Below, one piece after another: positions 51,060 through 63,699 of a stretch of DNA of 64,000 nt. The first letter of the stretch is position 1; each line of letters begins with the position of its first letter. The stretch covers positions 13,704,001 through 13,768,000 of the forward strand of contig CM052817.1 in assembly GCA_028534125.1 (NCBI GenBank), read 5' to 3'. Made by a program: the position numbers and the translations under genes. The notes beneath the pieces are model-generated. The model had not been told where the DNA came from and made no database searches. It saw only the letters and a list, made by a program, of their open reading frames with translations. This DNA is from Lama glama. Taxonomy: Eukaryota.

Positions 51060-51290
51060 CTGCCCTCCTGTGCACTATAGCATGGATATCATGGTGGGGA
51101 GCCAGCTTCCATCATTTAGATGTAAAGGAGTAACAAATCTATGAAATCTAGATCCCTGCATGACTCTGTGGAGCAGAGAAGTCCTGTTCTTTCCACCCAC
51201 CCACCTTTGAGATGCATAATGATTCTATATAATAAAGTCAAATTTATTTGAGTCTTACTCAGGTGGCTGAACCTCTATCCTAAAGCATGT
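51060..51290 (+). mobile_element. Old MLT1 LTR fragment
   Basis: tatgaaatctagatccctgcatgactctgtggagcaga...gctgaacctctatcctaa. Confidence 0.55.
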
Positions 51291-51659
51291 GATTCTCATA
51301 TAAAGTTGTTTCCTTCTCTCTCCTTCCACCACTCTAGTCCCACCTTCTGTCAGATTGTATTGAGCTTATCTGTTTAAATGCCTATCTCCATCACTACACG
51401 GCAAGTCCTTGATGGCAGTGACAGTGCCATCTCTGCACCATGAGTGCCTGGCAATTATTAGAGTCACAATACATTTGCTTACAAGAAATGTGATTAAAAT
51501 TAAAAAAAAAATTGTTCAGACAGTAAAGCTATAATAAATGCAATTATGAATATATGATACATAATCATTCACTGAGCTGCTTACTGTACCTTTTCTCATG
51601 AAGTATAATTTTATACATTAATGCTTAATGAAATGCTTCCTATGAAGCACACTGTCATG

Positions 51660-53310
51660 TATAATGCAACTCTGAGATGCATCCCTGCACTTTTCTTTTC
51701 TCTTTTCCACCTGTTACAAGTAGGAAAGTGGTCCTTCTCCTAGCTAAGAGAAATTCCTCTATGATTCTCTAGATCTTGTGTTTTTTTTTTTTATTAAGAC
51801 CCTATACTTTCTCTTTCAAATTGCTTCAAATTCTCTGTCTCTGTTGGCTCAAGTCTCTTTCATACAGTTAAAGAATTCTCCCTACCTGCCTTCAGGTGAC
51901 AGTCTCTTTACAATTGTTTTAGTTAAAGTTTTCAAGACAGCCTTCACAGCTGTGACTTCACAACACAGTCCCCACACAATCAGGCTTCATTTCCATCAAT
52001 CTACAAACACTATTCTTGCTAAAAGGTCTCAAAATATAACAAATTTCAATTATCATCATATATTTGTGTCAACAGCATTCAACACAATTCAGTACCCCCT
52101 TGAAATGGTCACTGTGTCTTGGTCTCCTTTTATTCTTTCTCTCTTTTTAGCCGCTTCTTCTCTATGTATTTTTCCACCTTTTCCTTATCAGATATTTAAA
52201 GTTGAAAATCCTCAGGTCACATACTTTTCTTCTCACTCAACATAATCTCACTAGTTCATAATTTGAGTACCATGGTTTTACTGGCCTCTGAAATGCCTAT
52301 CACTGTATCAGATCTTACTTCTGAGTTCCAGACATTTTCATTCAAATGTGTACTTAGTTGTCTCACTGGCAACTCAAATCTACAAGTCATCGCTACTCAA
52401 AAACTGGCCTCCCTCAGGAGTCTGACACAGGAAGTGGTATTATCATTTACCTCATTTTTCAAGCCAGAAAGGTAGAAGTTATATTATTTCTCACTCTCCC
52501 ACCTAGAATGGACAAACATCATGATTTTCCTGGAACTAAGAGGTTTTCAGGGATATGGAACTTTCAGTAAAAAAAGTTGTGATGGTCCTTATGAAATCAT
52601 GATGGTGGGTGACCCTCATTTTTGGTGCCAAATCCTGCGGACTCTACCACCTAAATATGTCTTATATCTGTCCTATTATTTCCATTCCCACGATTATCAC
52701 TATTGTCTCTCTACAAAGCTACACGAATCCATGCTGGCCCTCCATCTCCTACCTTCCAAGAACTTTCCGCACACTGTGACCACAAGATCTTAGTGAAAAA
52801 CAAGATTATCATACACAACACTTCCATCCCTTCTTATTACCCATAGGATAAGACCCAGTAATATCTGGTCCCACGTATCTACCAGTCTCATCTTTTATCT
52901 CTCTCTCTCTCTCCCTCTCTGTGTTCCAGAATTCCTAATTTTTCCATTACTCAACTGTGTCCGGAAATAGGCCTAGAATGACATCTCCCTCCTCCTTTTC
53001 CCACAACAACACCTCATCTTCCAGGTCTCAGATTCAACGTCATTTCCGCAAGACATTTTTCCTTTTTGTCCAGACACAATCAGGCACATATTTTTCTCCC
53101 TGTTGTTGCAAGCTATACTTCCACAGAACTCAGCAGCATTTGTTATTTGTTCAATGTCTATCTTTCCAGCCAAACTAGATGCTCCAAGAGGACTGTGTTC
53201 TTGTTTTATCCTCTTACTCTCCATCGTATCCCCAGGACCACTCTCCACTGTATCCCCAGGGCCCCTCTAGGTGCAGGGAATGCAATAAATATTTGTGAAA
53301 TGAATGAATA
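51660..53310 (+). mobile_element. L2 LINE, long degenerate fragment (interrupted by a MER81-like element)
   Basis: caatcaggcttcatttcc...tcaacagcattcaacaca...ttctgagttccagac; ends caataaatatttgtgaaatgaatgaa. Confidence 0.75.
52505..52616 (+). mobile_element. MER81-like hAT-Blackjack element
   Basis: catcatgattttcctggaactaagaggttttcagggatatggaactttcagt...ggtgaccct, about 110 bp. Confidence 0.65.
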
Positions 53311-53619
53311 GATACTTGAAAATAGAGTATTTCTTTGTACATTGTCCCAACCTATTGTAATAGATATCTCAGTTAACAATGAAACTATATAAAAGAAGGA
53401 AATTAAGGTCATTATCCCTTGTAAAATTTTAGCAAGTTTTACCATATTCTGTCGAGTAAGATTTCAATGATTGTTAACAGGTGTCATTATTTTAAGTACA
53501 GCCCCTATGAAAGAAAAATAATGCCAGAAAATAAACCATGAAATGCCATTGACCAAAAGACCATCCAGTTTTCAGATGTTAAGAAGTGAAAAAACGGGGA
53601 AGATCACAAGACAACAAGA

Positions 53620-54277
53620 ACCAAAATACATCTCAAATCTGCACACTGCTCTCCACACTCCCCACTCCGTCCTCGGTCCATGGAGCCATCACCTCATCCT
53701 AGAGCTACTGAAGCTGTCATTTCCTGACTGGTATCTTCCCTTGTATTCTTCACCCACCCCCCAGTTTTTTCCCTACATTTCATCCAGAGTGATCATTTCA
53801 AAATGCAAACTTGGTTCCACCACACAAACCCCTGCATGACCTCATCCCTGCTCACACCACTCACACTGCCGCTCACTTTATATTCTTCCGATATGGTTTC
53901 TAAAATATGCCTACCTCTTTCATTCACCTGGACTTTTCTTCAACTGACTGTCCTCAATCCTCCAATTCCTTGTCTTACAGGTTTCGGTATAAACCTACCT
54001 CCCCAGAAAGATGCTCTGTGATCCTGCCATTGTTAATCAGCAGCCCCCCTCCCTCCACTCCTGCCGTTGTTCTCTTTCAAACCCACACCCTCTTCCCTTC
54101 CTTTGTGGTTCTCATCTCAAGTGTGTGTCTCTACTCGTTTGTGTTTTCATGTGGATGATGCCTGTCTCTCTCACTGACAGTTGAGCTCCATAAGGAGAGC
54201 CATCAAGATGCCATGCCATCATACACCAGAACACAACACAAATCAAGGTGCTATATGATTATTTATTGAATGAATGA
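53620..54277 (+). mobile_element. L2 LINE 3' fragment
   Basis: catcacctcatcctagagctactg...ccagagtgatcatttcaaaatgcaaa; ends atttattgaatgaatga. Confidence 0.75.
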
Positions 54278-55299
54278 GGCAACAGAACAGACACATTTTG
54301 CCAAAGTAAGGACAATAGAAAACCGAATGTGTAGTTCTGAGGCATTGTGTGATGCTGAAAAAGATAAATATACATCCCCAAAAGTTAAGTCCAGGACAGA
54401 GATATACCTGCCTTCCAAAGGCTTTGGTCCAGGATGAGGCACATTGATATACTATTTCAGATGACTTAGGCTTTTTTGTTTTTAAAGGAAAGTTTTATTT
54501 TATTGTTTAATTTTTCTCCCAGGTATTTTAAAACTATTTTTAATCATAGATAATTTTGTAGTAATAATTTTGTTTAACCAATTAAATTTAAAAAATCCCT
54601 CAGAAATGCATGTAGGGACCTCAGTATCCTTTGTTATGTTTTATTGTGAAAACTAATCAGATTTGAAATAAAATGTGAATGACAAGGTTAAAACACCACA
54701 TACAAGTTTTTTTCAACTATGTGAAAAAATTGGGTGAACAACTAATGAGAAAATATTACTATGCTAAATTTACAAAAATTGCAGAGCAAAAACAGACTCA
54801 TTTTAATAGAATCAGTGCCAATTACATCCTGTGCTTCAGTGGCAGTGAAAGTAAACTTGATTTTGACACATGTAATTGTATTAGGAATAATTTCATATAG
54901 AGGAAAATGCTATTCATCTTTAATATCCTTGGGGACATTTTGCTCAACCAACTTCCAGTTCTCTAATGCTGAGCTGTAGCTGTGTAAAATGAGATCAGTC
55001 ACCGTTGCTCTGTCCTTGAACACTGCTAATGCATCATTCTTACAAAAATATGTACACTTCCACCCATGCATTCATTCTTTCCTTTATTCATTTGGCATTT
55101 ATTGAGCAAATTGTATATGGCAGGCACTGTGCGAGGCTTTGGATATGCAAAGATAAATAACTCTAAGGCTTAAAATACGGTAAGGAAAAAACCACATTAA
55201 CAAGTAATTAAATTTTTAAAGATAAGTGACAATAAAAAAGGAGTAAGTGGTAGAGTCAACATATATACAAATATTGAATTCCGTTTCATTTTGCTTTTC

Positions 55300-55650
55300 A
55301 GTTTCCAGGAAAGGACACTGAGGCTTAAAAGAATAAAGCAATTTCATGAAGATCTCATAGCTAATGAATGGAAAGACTGAGGCTTAAATTCAGGTCTTGC
55401 AATTCCCACAACAAGAAATCCCCTTTGTTGAGTGCTCTCAGGTACCAGGCCATCCATTTAATACAGATGTGCAACAGTTTACATAAACTTAATTTAATCC
55501 TCATAACCGTGGAAACAAGCAATTGCTCTTTTCATTATCCTGCCGAGGAAACTGAGATTCAGACGGTCTCAGCAACGGCCCAAGTTGGAGTTAGTAAATG
55601 GCAGAGCCAGAATTCAAACTCTGGTTTGTCTGATCCTGAAATCTATGCAG
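55300..55650 (-). mobile_element. Two adjacent MIR fragments
   Basis: ggacactgaggcttaaaaga... and gaggaaactgagattcagacgg...agtaaatggcagagccagaattcaaactc. Confidence 0.7.
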
Positions 55651-58014
55651 CGCCTGTAATCGCTAGCTTCCCATCTATTTCAGTTCACTCAATCCCATGG
55701 GTCTGTGGAATAATTTAATCATTATAAACAACTACCATTTATTGAGCACTTGATATGTACCAGGTACACCTGAAAGGTATTTTCTATGAATCAACTTAAA
55801 GGTCTTTCTTTCCCATGAATCAACTTACTTAATTCTCACAAAAATAACAGTTAGGTACGACTATTCCGCTAGCGTCCTGAGCACTATCTGCTCTTTCAAA
55901 AATGGAGAATTAAAGGACTCCTGTCTATATTCCTCAGCAGAGGCCAGTCGGAAAAGTATAGTCATCCACTTAATTATGCACTAGACAGAAAATACGCCTT
56001 TTTCAAATTACATATATAATTCATTACAAGCTCCAAACCTAGAGTAGTCAACTTTTTTTTTTCTATCCACTCTGTTTGCCACATATTTATAATGGCTAAA
56101 GAATGAACTTGAATGAATATATGGAATCAGATCTATCTATTTAAAATTCTGTTGTGACTCCTCCCCTCCTACTAATATTCTCAACTTCATGTAGAGCTTT
56201 CTGGCAGAAGGAGAAAGAGCCAGTGAGGAAGGAAGCAGTGTGGTTCCTTTTCCTTTAGCTTTAAGCCTCAGGGTTCTGGATGAAGGGCATTGTAGCAGAC
56301 AGCGTGGCTTCACGATAGAAATAAATAGCCAAGTCACTCAAGCAATGACTAACCAGGTCCCTGAAAACTTCTCAAATAAGCACCAACTTGTAACCTAGTT
56401 TGGAAACTGCAATACAAATGACTAAATATAATACAATTTGATAAGAACCATTACAGATATATGGGTTGAAATCATCTGAAAGCACTAAGAAAGAACATAT
56501 CATACAGAAGTGTAAGATAGAGTTTCAAGACCAGTTAAAGGCATAAAAGCACCTTGTCACCAGGTAACACCTCAAAAAATGTAAACATTTTAAGACAATG
56601 TTACAAATAAAGATAAACAATTACAAAGGCTAAATATACATATGAACAAAAGCTGATCCCTGCACAAATCATTTGCTTTCTACTACAAAGGCTGCTTTTG
56701 AGACTTTCTTCAATAGAAGAATCTTTAAGACTGAGCAGACAGCATTGTTTAAGAAAAACAATTTTGTGTTGTATATGACACTTCATAAGAGGGGACATTA
56801 CATAATTAGTGGGTGATACTATGGTGTCTCCAAGTCCAGATATAACTGGCATCAAATTTTCAAGTAAATGAGTTATCTTCCTAATGGACCTTAACTATAA
56901 TCACAATGTGACTTAACTTGTATTCCAATAATAAACATATTGACTTTCATTTTTCTCCTTATTTAAAAGAAAACATAATCTGAATACATAATGCCTTCTA
57001 AAAATGGAAAAGCAATTGAACAAGCAGTAATGCTGTGCCTCAGGATAACAAGTAGGACATTCCACCACAACCAAAACATCAGAGTATCCAACAGAATCCT
57101 TTCAACTTCAAGATTTATGATCAGAGTGAGGGAGATACAAAAAAAAAAAAAGAAGATTTCAATAATTTGGCCAACCTCAATCAAATGCATATATATAAAC
57201 CTAGTTTCTATTTTCCAGAGACACTGAGTTAGAGACACTAAGGGCTAATTAGAAAGAAGATAACAGAACAAAGATGGAAGTATCATGCTTCCTGACAGCA
57301 AACTATTCTACAAAGCTATAGTAATCAAAACAGTTTGGTACCAGCACAAAAACAGACACAAAGATCACAAAGATCAATGGAACAGAACAGAGATCTCGGA
57401 AATAAACCCAAGTACAATGATCAATTAATCTTCAGCAAGGGAGGCAAGAAAATGTAATGGGGAAAAGATCGTATTTTCAATAAATGGTGTTGGGAAAACC
57501 GGACAGCTACATGTAAAAGAATGAAAGTTTGAGCATTTTTTCATACCATATAAAATATGCTCAAAATGCATTAAATACTTAAGTGTAAGACCTGAAGTGA
57601 TAACATCCCTAGAAGAAAACATAGGCAGTACACTACTTTATATTGGTATTCATACTAATTTTCTGGATCTGTCTTGTCAAGAAAGGACAACAAAAGCAAA
57701 AGTAAACAAATGGGATTATATCAAACTAAAAAGCTTTTACACAGTGAAAAAAAATCAGATCAACAAAATAAAATCCACCTACTAAAGGAAGAAAATATTT
57801 GCAAAAGATATCTCTGACAAGCGGTTAATATCCAAAATATTTAAAAAAAAAACTTACACAATTCAATGTAAAAAAAAACAAAAAACCAACATGATTAAAA
57901 ATGGGCAGAGGGCCTAAAGAGACGTTTTTCCAAAGAAGACACACAGGTGGCCAATAGGCATATTGAAAGATGCTCAACATCTCTAACAATCAAGGAAATG
58001 TTTACAAATGTTGT

Positions 58015-58215
58015 CCAGTATATATAAAAATAGATTTTAAAAAAGTTTCCTTTGTATAGCACAGGGAACTATGTTCCATATCTTGTAATTACCTTTAATG
58101 GAAAAAAATTTGAAAATGAATATATGTATGTATATGCATGACTGGGATACTGTGCTATACACCAGAGACTGACACATTATAATTGACTGTACTTCAATTA
58201 AAAAAAAGAAAAAAA
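58015..58215 (+). mobile_element. Young camelid/cetartiodactyl L1 3' end with poly(A), nested in the older L1
   Basis: tgtatagcacagggaactat...tatgtatatgcatgactgggatactgtgctatacaccagagactgacacatt...acttcaatt followed by an A tail. Confidence 0.85.
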
Positions 58216-58676
58216 TTGTGAATCACTATATTGTATACCTGTAACATATAATATTGTACATCAACTATATTTCAATTTTAAAAATATGATACTGTAAAAT
58301 AAATACATAAATTAAAAGAATTTTTTTAAACTACGATGATGTATCACCTCACACACCTCAGAATGGCTACTGTCAAAAAGACAAAAAAAATGAAATGTTG
58401 GTGAGGATGTGGAGAAAAGGGAACCCTCATGCACTGTTGATGGGAATGTACAGTGGTGCAGCCACTACGGAAAACAGTGTGGAGGTTCCTCAAAAAATTA
58501 AAAAATATAACAACCTAGAAATGTCATTTCTGAGTATTTATGCAAAGAAAATGAAAACATTAATTTGAAAAGACATACGCAGCTCAATGTTCACTGCAGC
58601 ACTATTTACAGTAGCTAAGATATGAAAGCAACCTAAGTATCCACTGATAGATGAATGGATAAAAAAGATGAAGTAT

Positions 58677-58697
58677 ACACACAAGCACACGCACATG

Positions 58698-58741
<44 letters not shown>
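58677..58741. repeat. (CA)n microsatellite inside L1
   Basis: Direct reading. Confidence 0.95.
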
Positions 58742-58743
<2 letters not shown>

Positions 58744-59844
58744 AATATTACTCAGCCATAAAAAAGAATGAAAGCTTGCCATTTGTGACAACATAGACCT
58801 AGAGGGTATTACGTTCAGTGAAGTCAGACAGAGAAAAACAAACACAGCGTGATTTCACTTACATGTGGAATCTGAAAGGCAAAACAAATCAACAAACGTA
58901 ACAAAACAGAAACAGACTCATAAATACAGAGAACAATCTGGTGCTTGCCAAAGGGGATGGGCAAAATAGGTGAAAGGGATTAAGAGGTACCAACTTCCAG
59001 TTATAAAATAAATGTCAGGAGGATATAATGTACAGCACAGGGAATATAGCCAATAACACTGTAATATGACAGGTGGTAACTAGACTTCTTGTGGTGATTG
59101 TTTTATAATGTATAAAAATACCAAATCAGTAATGTGCTATACTTTAAGCTAATATAATATTGTGAATCAATTATGGTTCAATAATTTTTAAAAACTCCAA
59201 GTTATGCTGGAAAAGAAATACATTCATTTATCCCAATATGTGAATAAATTCAAAATTATTAATAAATTCAAAATAAAAATGACAAAGTTTTTCTAAAATA
59301 AAGGATAACAAATGTTATATTTATAAACATTTAAAAAATAGAGACCAGTGGAACATATGGAATGAAAATAGAATAGATGTCACAAAAATTAAAAGAAAAA
59401 GCTTTTTAAATAAACTAATTTAGATCTATACTTTCTAGCAAATGGCGAAACAAATTCCAAATAAGTCAAACATTTATATAAGAAAATCAATAATATTCTA
59501 ATCCAAACTAGAACTAAATATTTATGAGTGTTTTAAATGAATACTTTTGTTGCATAATAGAAGTTCTGACAGATTTAACTACAGAAAGATTAAAACCTCC
59601 TCATACAATGAAAATTGTTATCTGAGGCAAAAGGATATGATCAAAGAAGATATTAACATCTAATATGACAGGAGTTAATACCTGAGTTGTTAAGAGGTAC
59701 ATCAAAAACGATAAGGAAAAGCTCTAGAAACAGCTAGAAGATTGTAGGCGATGTGGGAGGTGTGAGGGAAAACTCCACCGGGAGCTTACTGCAAGAGAAG
59801 AGGAAAGGAAAGGCAGGTTCAAAGAAAACGCATTGTCAGTAAGA

Positions 59845-60130
59845 ACAGCTAGCTGGGCTCCACACAGGCTCCAATGAGCCCCACCTTCTGACATCCACAT
59901 CTTTGTGGAAGGCGTCCCACCCTGTCCTGTACAACCAATAGGTCGTTACATAAATGACATCGTCTGACCTCTGAGGCTAGGTTATAAAACACCTGGTGGC
60001 TTCTGCCTTGTAGTCTTTTGATGACTTGCTCTGGGAGAAGTCAGCTGCCACGTTGTGGGAAAACTCAAGCGGCTCTATGGAAAGGTCCACGTGGAGGAGA
60101 ACGGAAACTTCCCGCCAACAGCCAGCATTA
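59845..60130 (+). mobile_element. MLT1 (F/G-like) MaLR LTR fragment
   Basis: ggctccaatgagccccaccttctg...ctgaggctaggttataaaa...gaaaggtccacgtggaggagaac...gccaacagccagc. Confidence 0.8.
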
Positions 60131-62399
60131 ATTTACTCGCTGGTGTACGGAAGACGAAACAGGGACACACAGGGTACGAGAGCTGCCCAAGCCTACACAA
60201 CTAGGAAGTGCCAGACTGAGACTTACAAACACAGAGTCTGCGTCCTTATCCACCACATGACACTGCCTCTCGGTAGAAGAAATAGGATGGAAAAGCACTA
60301 GCAACGTATGCAACACAACAACAGCAACAACAACAACAGGAGTGCTGCACTTGCGAAACCAGCTGCACACAGGGGCACTAGGGAGGGTAAGTAGAGGGTT
60401 CAAAACGGATCTGATTTTTCAAATATGCCTAACAGGGAGGGAAGGAGGGTTATTGGTTAAGATGGGCATCAGACACTAGCGGCTTAGGAAGTGGTGTGTG
60501 TCCACGGACGTATGCACGTGTGATCACTCAGAGTGAAGTCCAGAGAGGAAAGTAGACACGTAGGAAATGCAGCAAGAGGACTAGTTCGGCAAATCCCTGA
60601 TTTGAGCTTTCCCAGGCAAGGAGAATTCCAGAGGGGTTTCACTCCACCAACATGCGGTTAAAAGATGGCTTCTATAGAATGAAAATATTTATACTACCCT
60701 CCTTCTGGAGATTAGAAATTTCCTCGGTCCGTTTAACTTCTTTTTCACCACATCTTTATCAATCTGTCTAGGTATGTACATAATCTAAAATTAAAAAAAA
60801 CCTGACTCTTTAAAAACAAATAGTAAGTAAAATCCAATCAAATTAGGTCAGTTCAACATCAATGACATAAAAAATAGACTGACTGCTTTGCAATAACTGG
60901 AATACAAACTACAGCTCTAATCATATACCCTGTGCTTCAGTAGTGTGTGAAAAAAAATTCTAGTTTGAGAATTAATGTTTTCTCCATTTTCCGCTCATGG
61001 CTAATAACCACTAAGAAGTGTCAGTTTTTTATATTTTGTCTTCTGCTCCACCAATGTATGTGACTTTATTTTATTTTAATATGTCAGTCATGTTAATAAA
61101 TAAGATTCTCTCTACAGGGAGCTATGAAAAGGCAGATGTCACAGGTGTTATTTTGGAAGAGTTCTGTTTGTATTCATAGCCGTTTACTTGTAAGGCACTG
61201 CTGCGTGTAATAGCCAAGAAAATTCAGCACAGATGCTAAAACAAAAATCCCCAAGCAACCAGCAAAAGTGAAATTGGACGAATCCTAATACATAATGTAT
61301 ACACCACAATATCCTACTGCATTTGCTTGCAAATCTGAATACGTCACTTGGCTTATCTTTGTATTTTACTAAAACAGAATGGAAAACACACAAACTTTCT
61401 GGAGAGATTTAAACTTACCATATACACAGATGTTCCAGGGAAGGTTGAATTCCTTTTATGACAGAGGTACAAAATATACTAACCAATAGCCAAAAAAATG
61501 CAAGTTACCAAACTTTTGGTAATAAATGGATACTCTTGTTCGACCATCCTGTCTTGATTTGCTGCCAGTCTCATGACTTACCCTCATTTCTTGGTGCCAT
61601 GCCATTTTTGTTCCTATTCTACTTGTATAGAATAAAATTAAGATTCTAAAAATCAATATGTGGTTGAATTCCGAATTTATCTTTACTCACAGCTGTTTAC
61701 CCTTTCCGTATTGTATTAATAGACACGTTTTATTTCTAAGTGGCCCCTAACGCTCACTCTGCAGGTCACAGGCTATTAAACAAGCTATATTCATTTTAGG
61801 TTCTTCTGCATTTTATATTCTTTGTCACTATGTGTTTTCTTCATCAGATGTCTCCTTATCTGGACACCGAACATAATGATTTTCATTATAGAAACCAGTA
61901 AGTATCATGACCCAAAGCACTAAACCTGGTTCTTTAAGAGTTAATTTGAAAATGGTTCTTTTGAACATAGAAAATGAATTTCCTTGTATTTTATATTTTA
62001 GACATTAAATACATAATTTATAAATATATATTGGATTTTCTCTTGGTATGTTCTTTTCTCACTTAGAATAACTTTAATTTAAAAAGAAGAGACAATTTTT
62101 AATCGTTTAGTAAAGCCTCCTACAGTTTTTACTTTGTGCAATAAATAAATAGCTATGAAACCTGATTGGAAAATCTTATGATCAGGAATGAATGAGGGCC
62201 CTCAAAGGGATGCTCTTACTACACACCTGGCCAGTTTCAAGAACAAACAGCCATGATTCAAAGCTGAACAAACAATGTGACAAAGTGACATGCTTTCCAC
62301 AAAGCTTTTGTCATTTTCCATTTAGGCATAAATCTCCAAGTGCCTCAAAATTAAAACAAAACAACACACAATTCTACCAAAAAACAAAAAGCATGTCTT

Positions 62400-62978
62400 A
62401 AAAAGTTAAGCATGGATTTAACATATGACCACTATGACTCAACAATTTCACTCCTGGGTATCTTCTCTAAAGAAATGAAGACACATGCCCACAGCAAGAC
62501 TTGTATGCAAACGTTCACAGAAGCTTTTTCATAATGGCCAAAAAGCAGAAACACCGAGCTACCCATCAGCAGGTGAGCAGACAAAAATGTCTTCTATCTA
62601 CACAAGGGAACATTACTTAACAATAAAAAGAGCAAAATCTTGATACATGTTACAACACAAATGAACCTCAAGAACATTATGTTCAACGAAAGAAGGCAGA
62701 AGAAAAGACTGCATATTTGTATGATTCCATTTATATGAAATGTCCATCAAAAGAGCAAATACATAGAGACAGAAAGTAGATTCCTGGTTGCTTAGACCTG
62801 AGGAAGGTGGAGGAATGGACAGGAACCAAATACACATGAGGTTTCTTTTGTAGCTGATAAAAAGTTCTAATACTAGTCTATAGTGATAACTAGGTAAATT
62901 TAATAAAATCTATTGAATTATACACTTAAATGTATGAATTTTATAGTATAGTATACAAATTATATCTCAGGAAAGCTA
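62400..62978 (+). mobile_element. LINE-1 3' fragment (L1MB-like)
   Basis: caatttcactcctgggtat...aagacttgtatgcaaacgttcacag...atgaacctcaagaacattatg...tgtatgattccatttatatgaaatgtcca. Confidence 0.9.
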
Positions 62979-63180
62979 CTGAAAGCATATAGTATAAACA
63001 ATCATTAAACTAACATTACTATGGTTATTGAAAATCTGTAATCTGTGTATAACTCAGATCACAGAGAGAGGTGGCTTAGAAATAGAAACTGTGGTTTAAG
63101 TTTATGCTCATCTTTAAGTGACCAAAGTTTGTTCCTTTTTAACGATGTTTGATAAAAGAAGATGTATCCAAAACTAAGCA

Positions 63181-63267
63181 GGAGAGTATAGCTCAGTGGT
63201 AGAGCACATGCTTAGCATGCATGAGGTCCTGGGTTCAATCATCAGTAGCTCCAATTAAAATGAAAAA
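63181..63267 (+). mobile_element. Camelid tRNA-Ala(AGC)-derived SINE (Vic-1-like)
   Basis: gtatagctcagtggtagagcacatgcttagcatgcatgaggtcctgggttcaatc...ctcca plus A-rich tail. A and B boxes present, T stem disrupted. Confidence 0.88.
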
Positions 63268-63699
63268 GAGATAGAAGAAAGCTAAGGGAGGTAGAAAGAT
63301 GGGAGTGCAAAAGAAGGCCAGGGCCAGGGGGTTCAAGTGGACCTAATTCACAAAAATGAGCCTGTTGCAGACCATCGTTTGCAGACCATTGCCTTTATAT
63401 ACCCTCATGGATTGGAATTAGAAAATCTCTCCAGAAGAGAGGTTGACAAAGGATAATGTAATACAATATAGAGTTTTTGGCATTTGGTTTTTAAAACTAA
63501 TGTGTGTAGCATTTGTAGAATATAAGAAAGAAACGTTCACCTGTATCTCATTATTTCACATGCTGCATTTGCTAAGGCAGAAATTTGAATTGGCTCTGCT
63601 GATTGACAGATAATAGATGTTCAATAAACATCTGTTGTATAGATGGAAGAATAAAAGAACTATTGTACTATCTATAAACTGAAATATTAAATATCCATG

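Larger units (their letters stand above)
57276..59190 (+). mobile_element. 5'-truncated LINE-1 (ORF2 C-terminus plus 3' UTR) carrying nested insertions at 58001-58330
   Basis: ctacaaagctatagtaatcaaaacagtttggtacc; peptide TKAKVNKWDYIKLKSF (57597-57785). Resumes at about 58331 (atcacctcacacacctcagaatggct). 3' UTR runs to about 59190. Confidence 0.95.

Noticed and set aside
51778..52245. 155-aa ORF
   Set aside because: Lies within a degenerate L2 element and has a non-ATG start.
61830..61930. Minus-strand peptides loosely resembling a p24/TMED C-terminus (VLWVMILTG, QIRRHL)
   Set aside because: The pieces are in different frames with wrong spacing. Similarity is too weak to call.
63181..63253. 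tRNA-Ala(AGC)-like sequence
   Set aside because: The T stem is disrupted (ggttcaatcatcag), it has an A-rich tail and no T-run terminator. It is a SINE head, not a tRNA gene.
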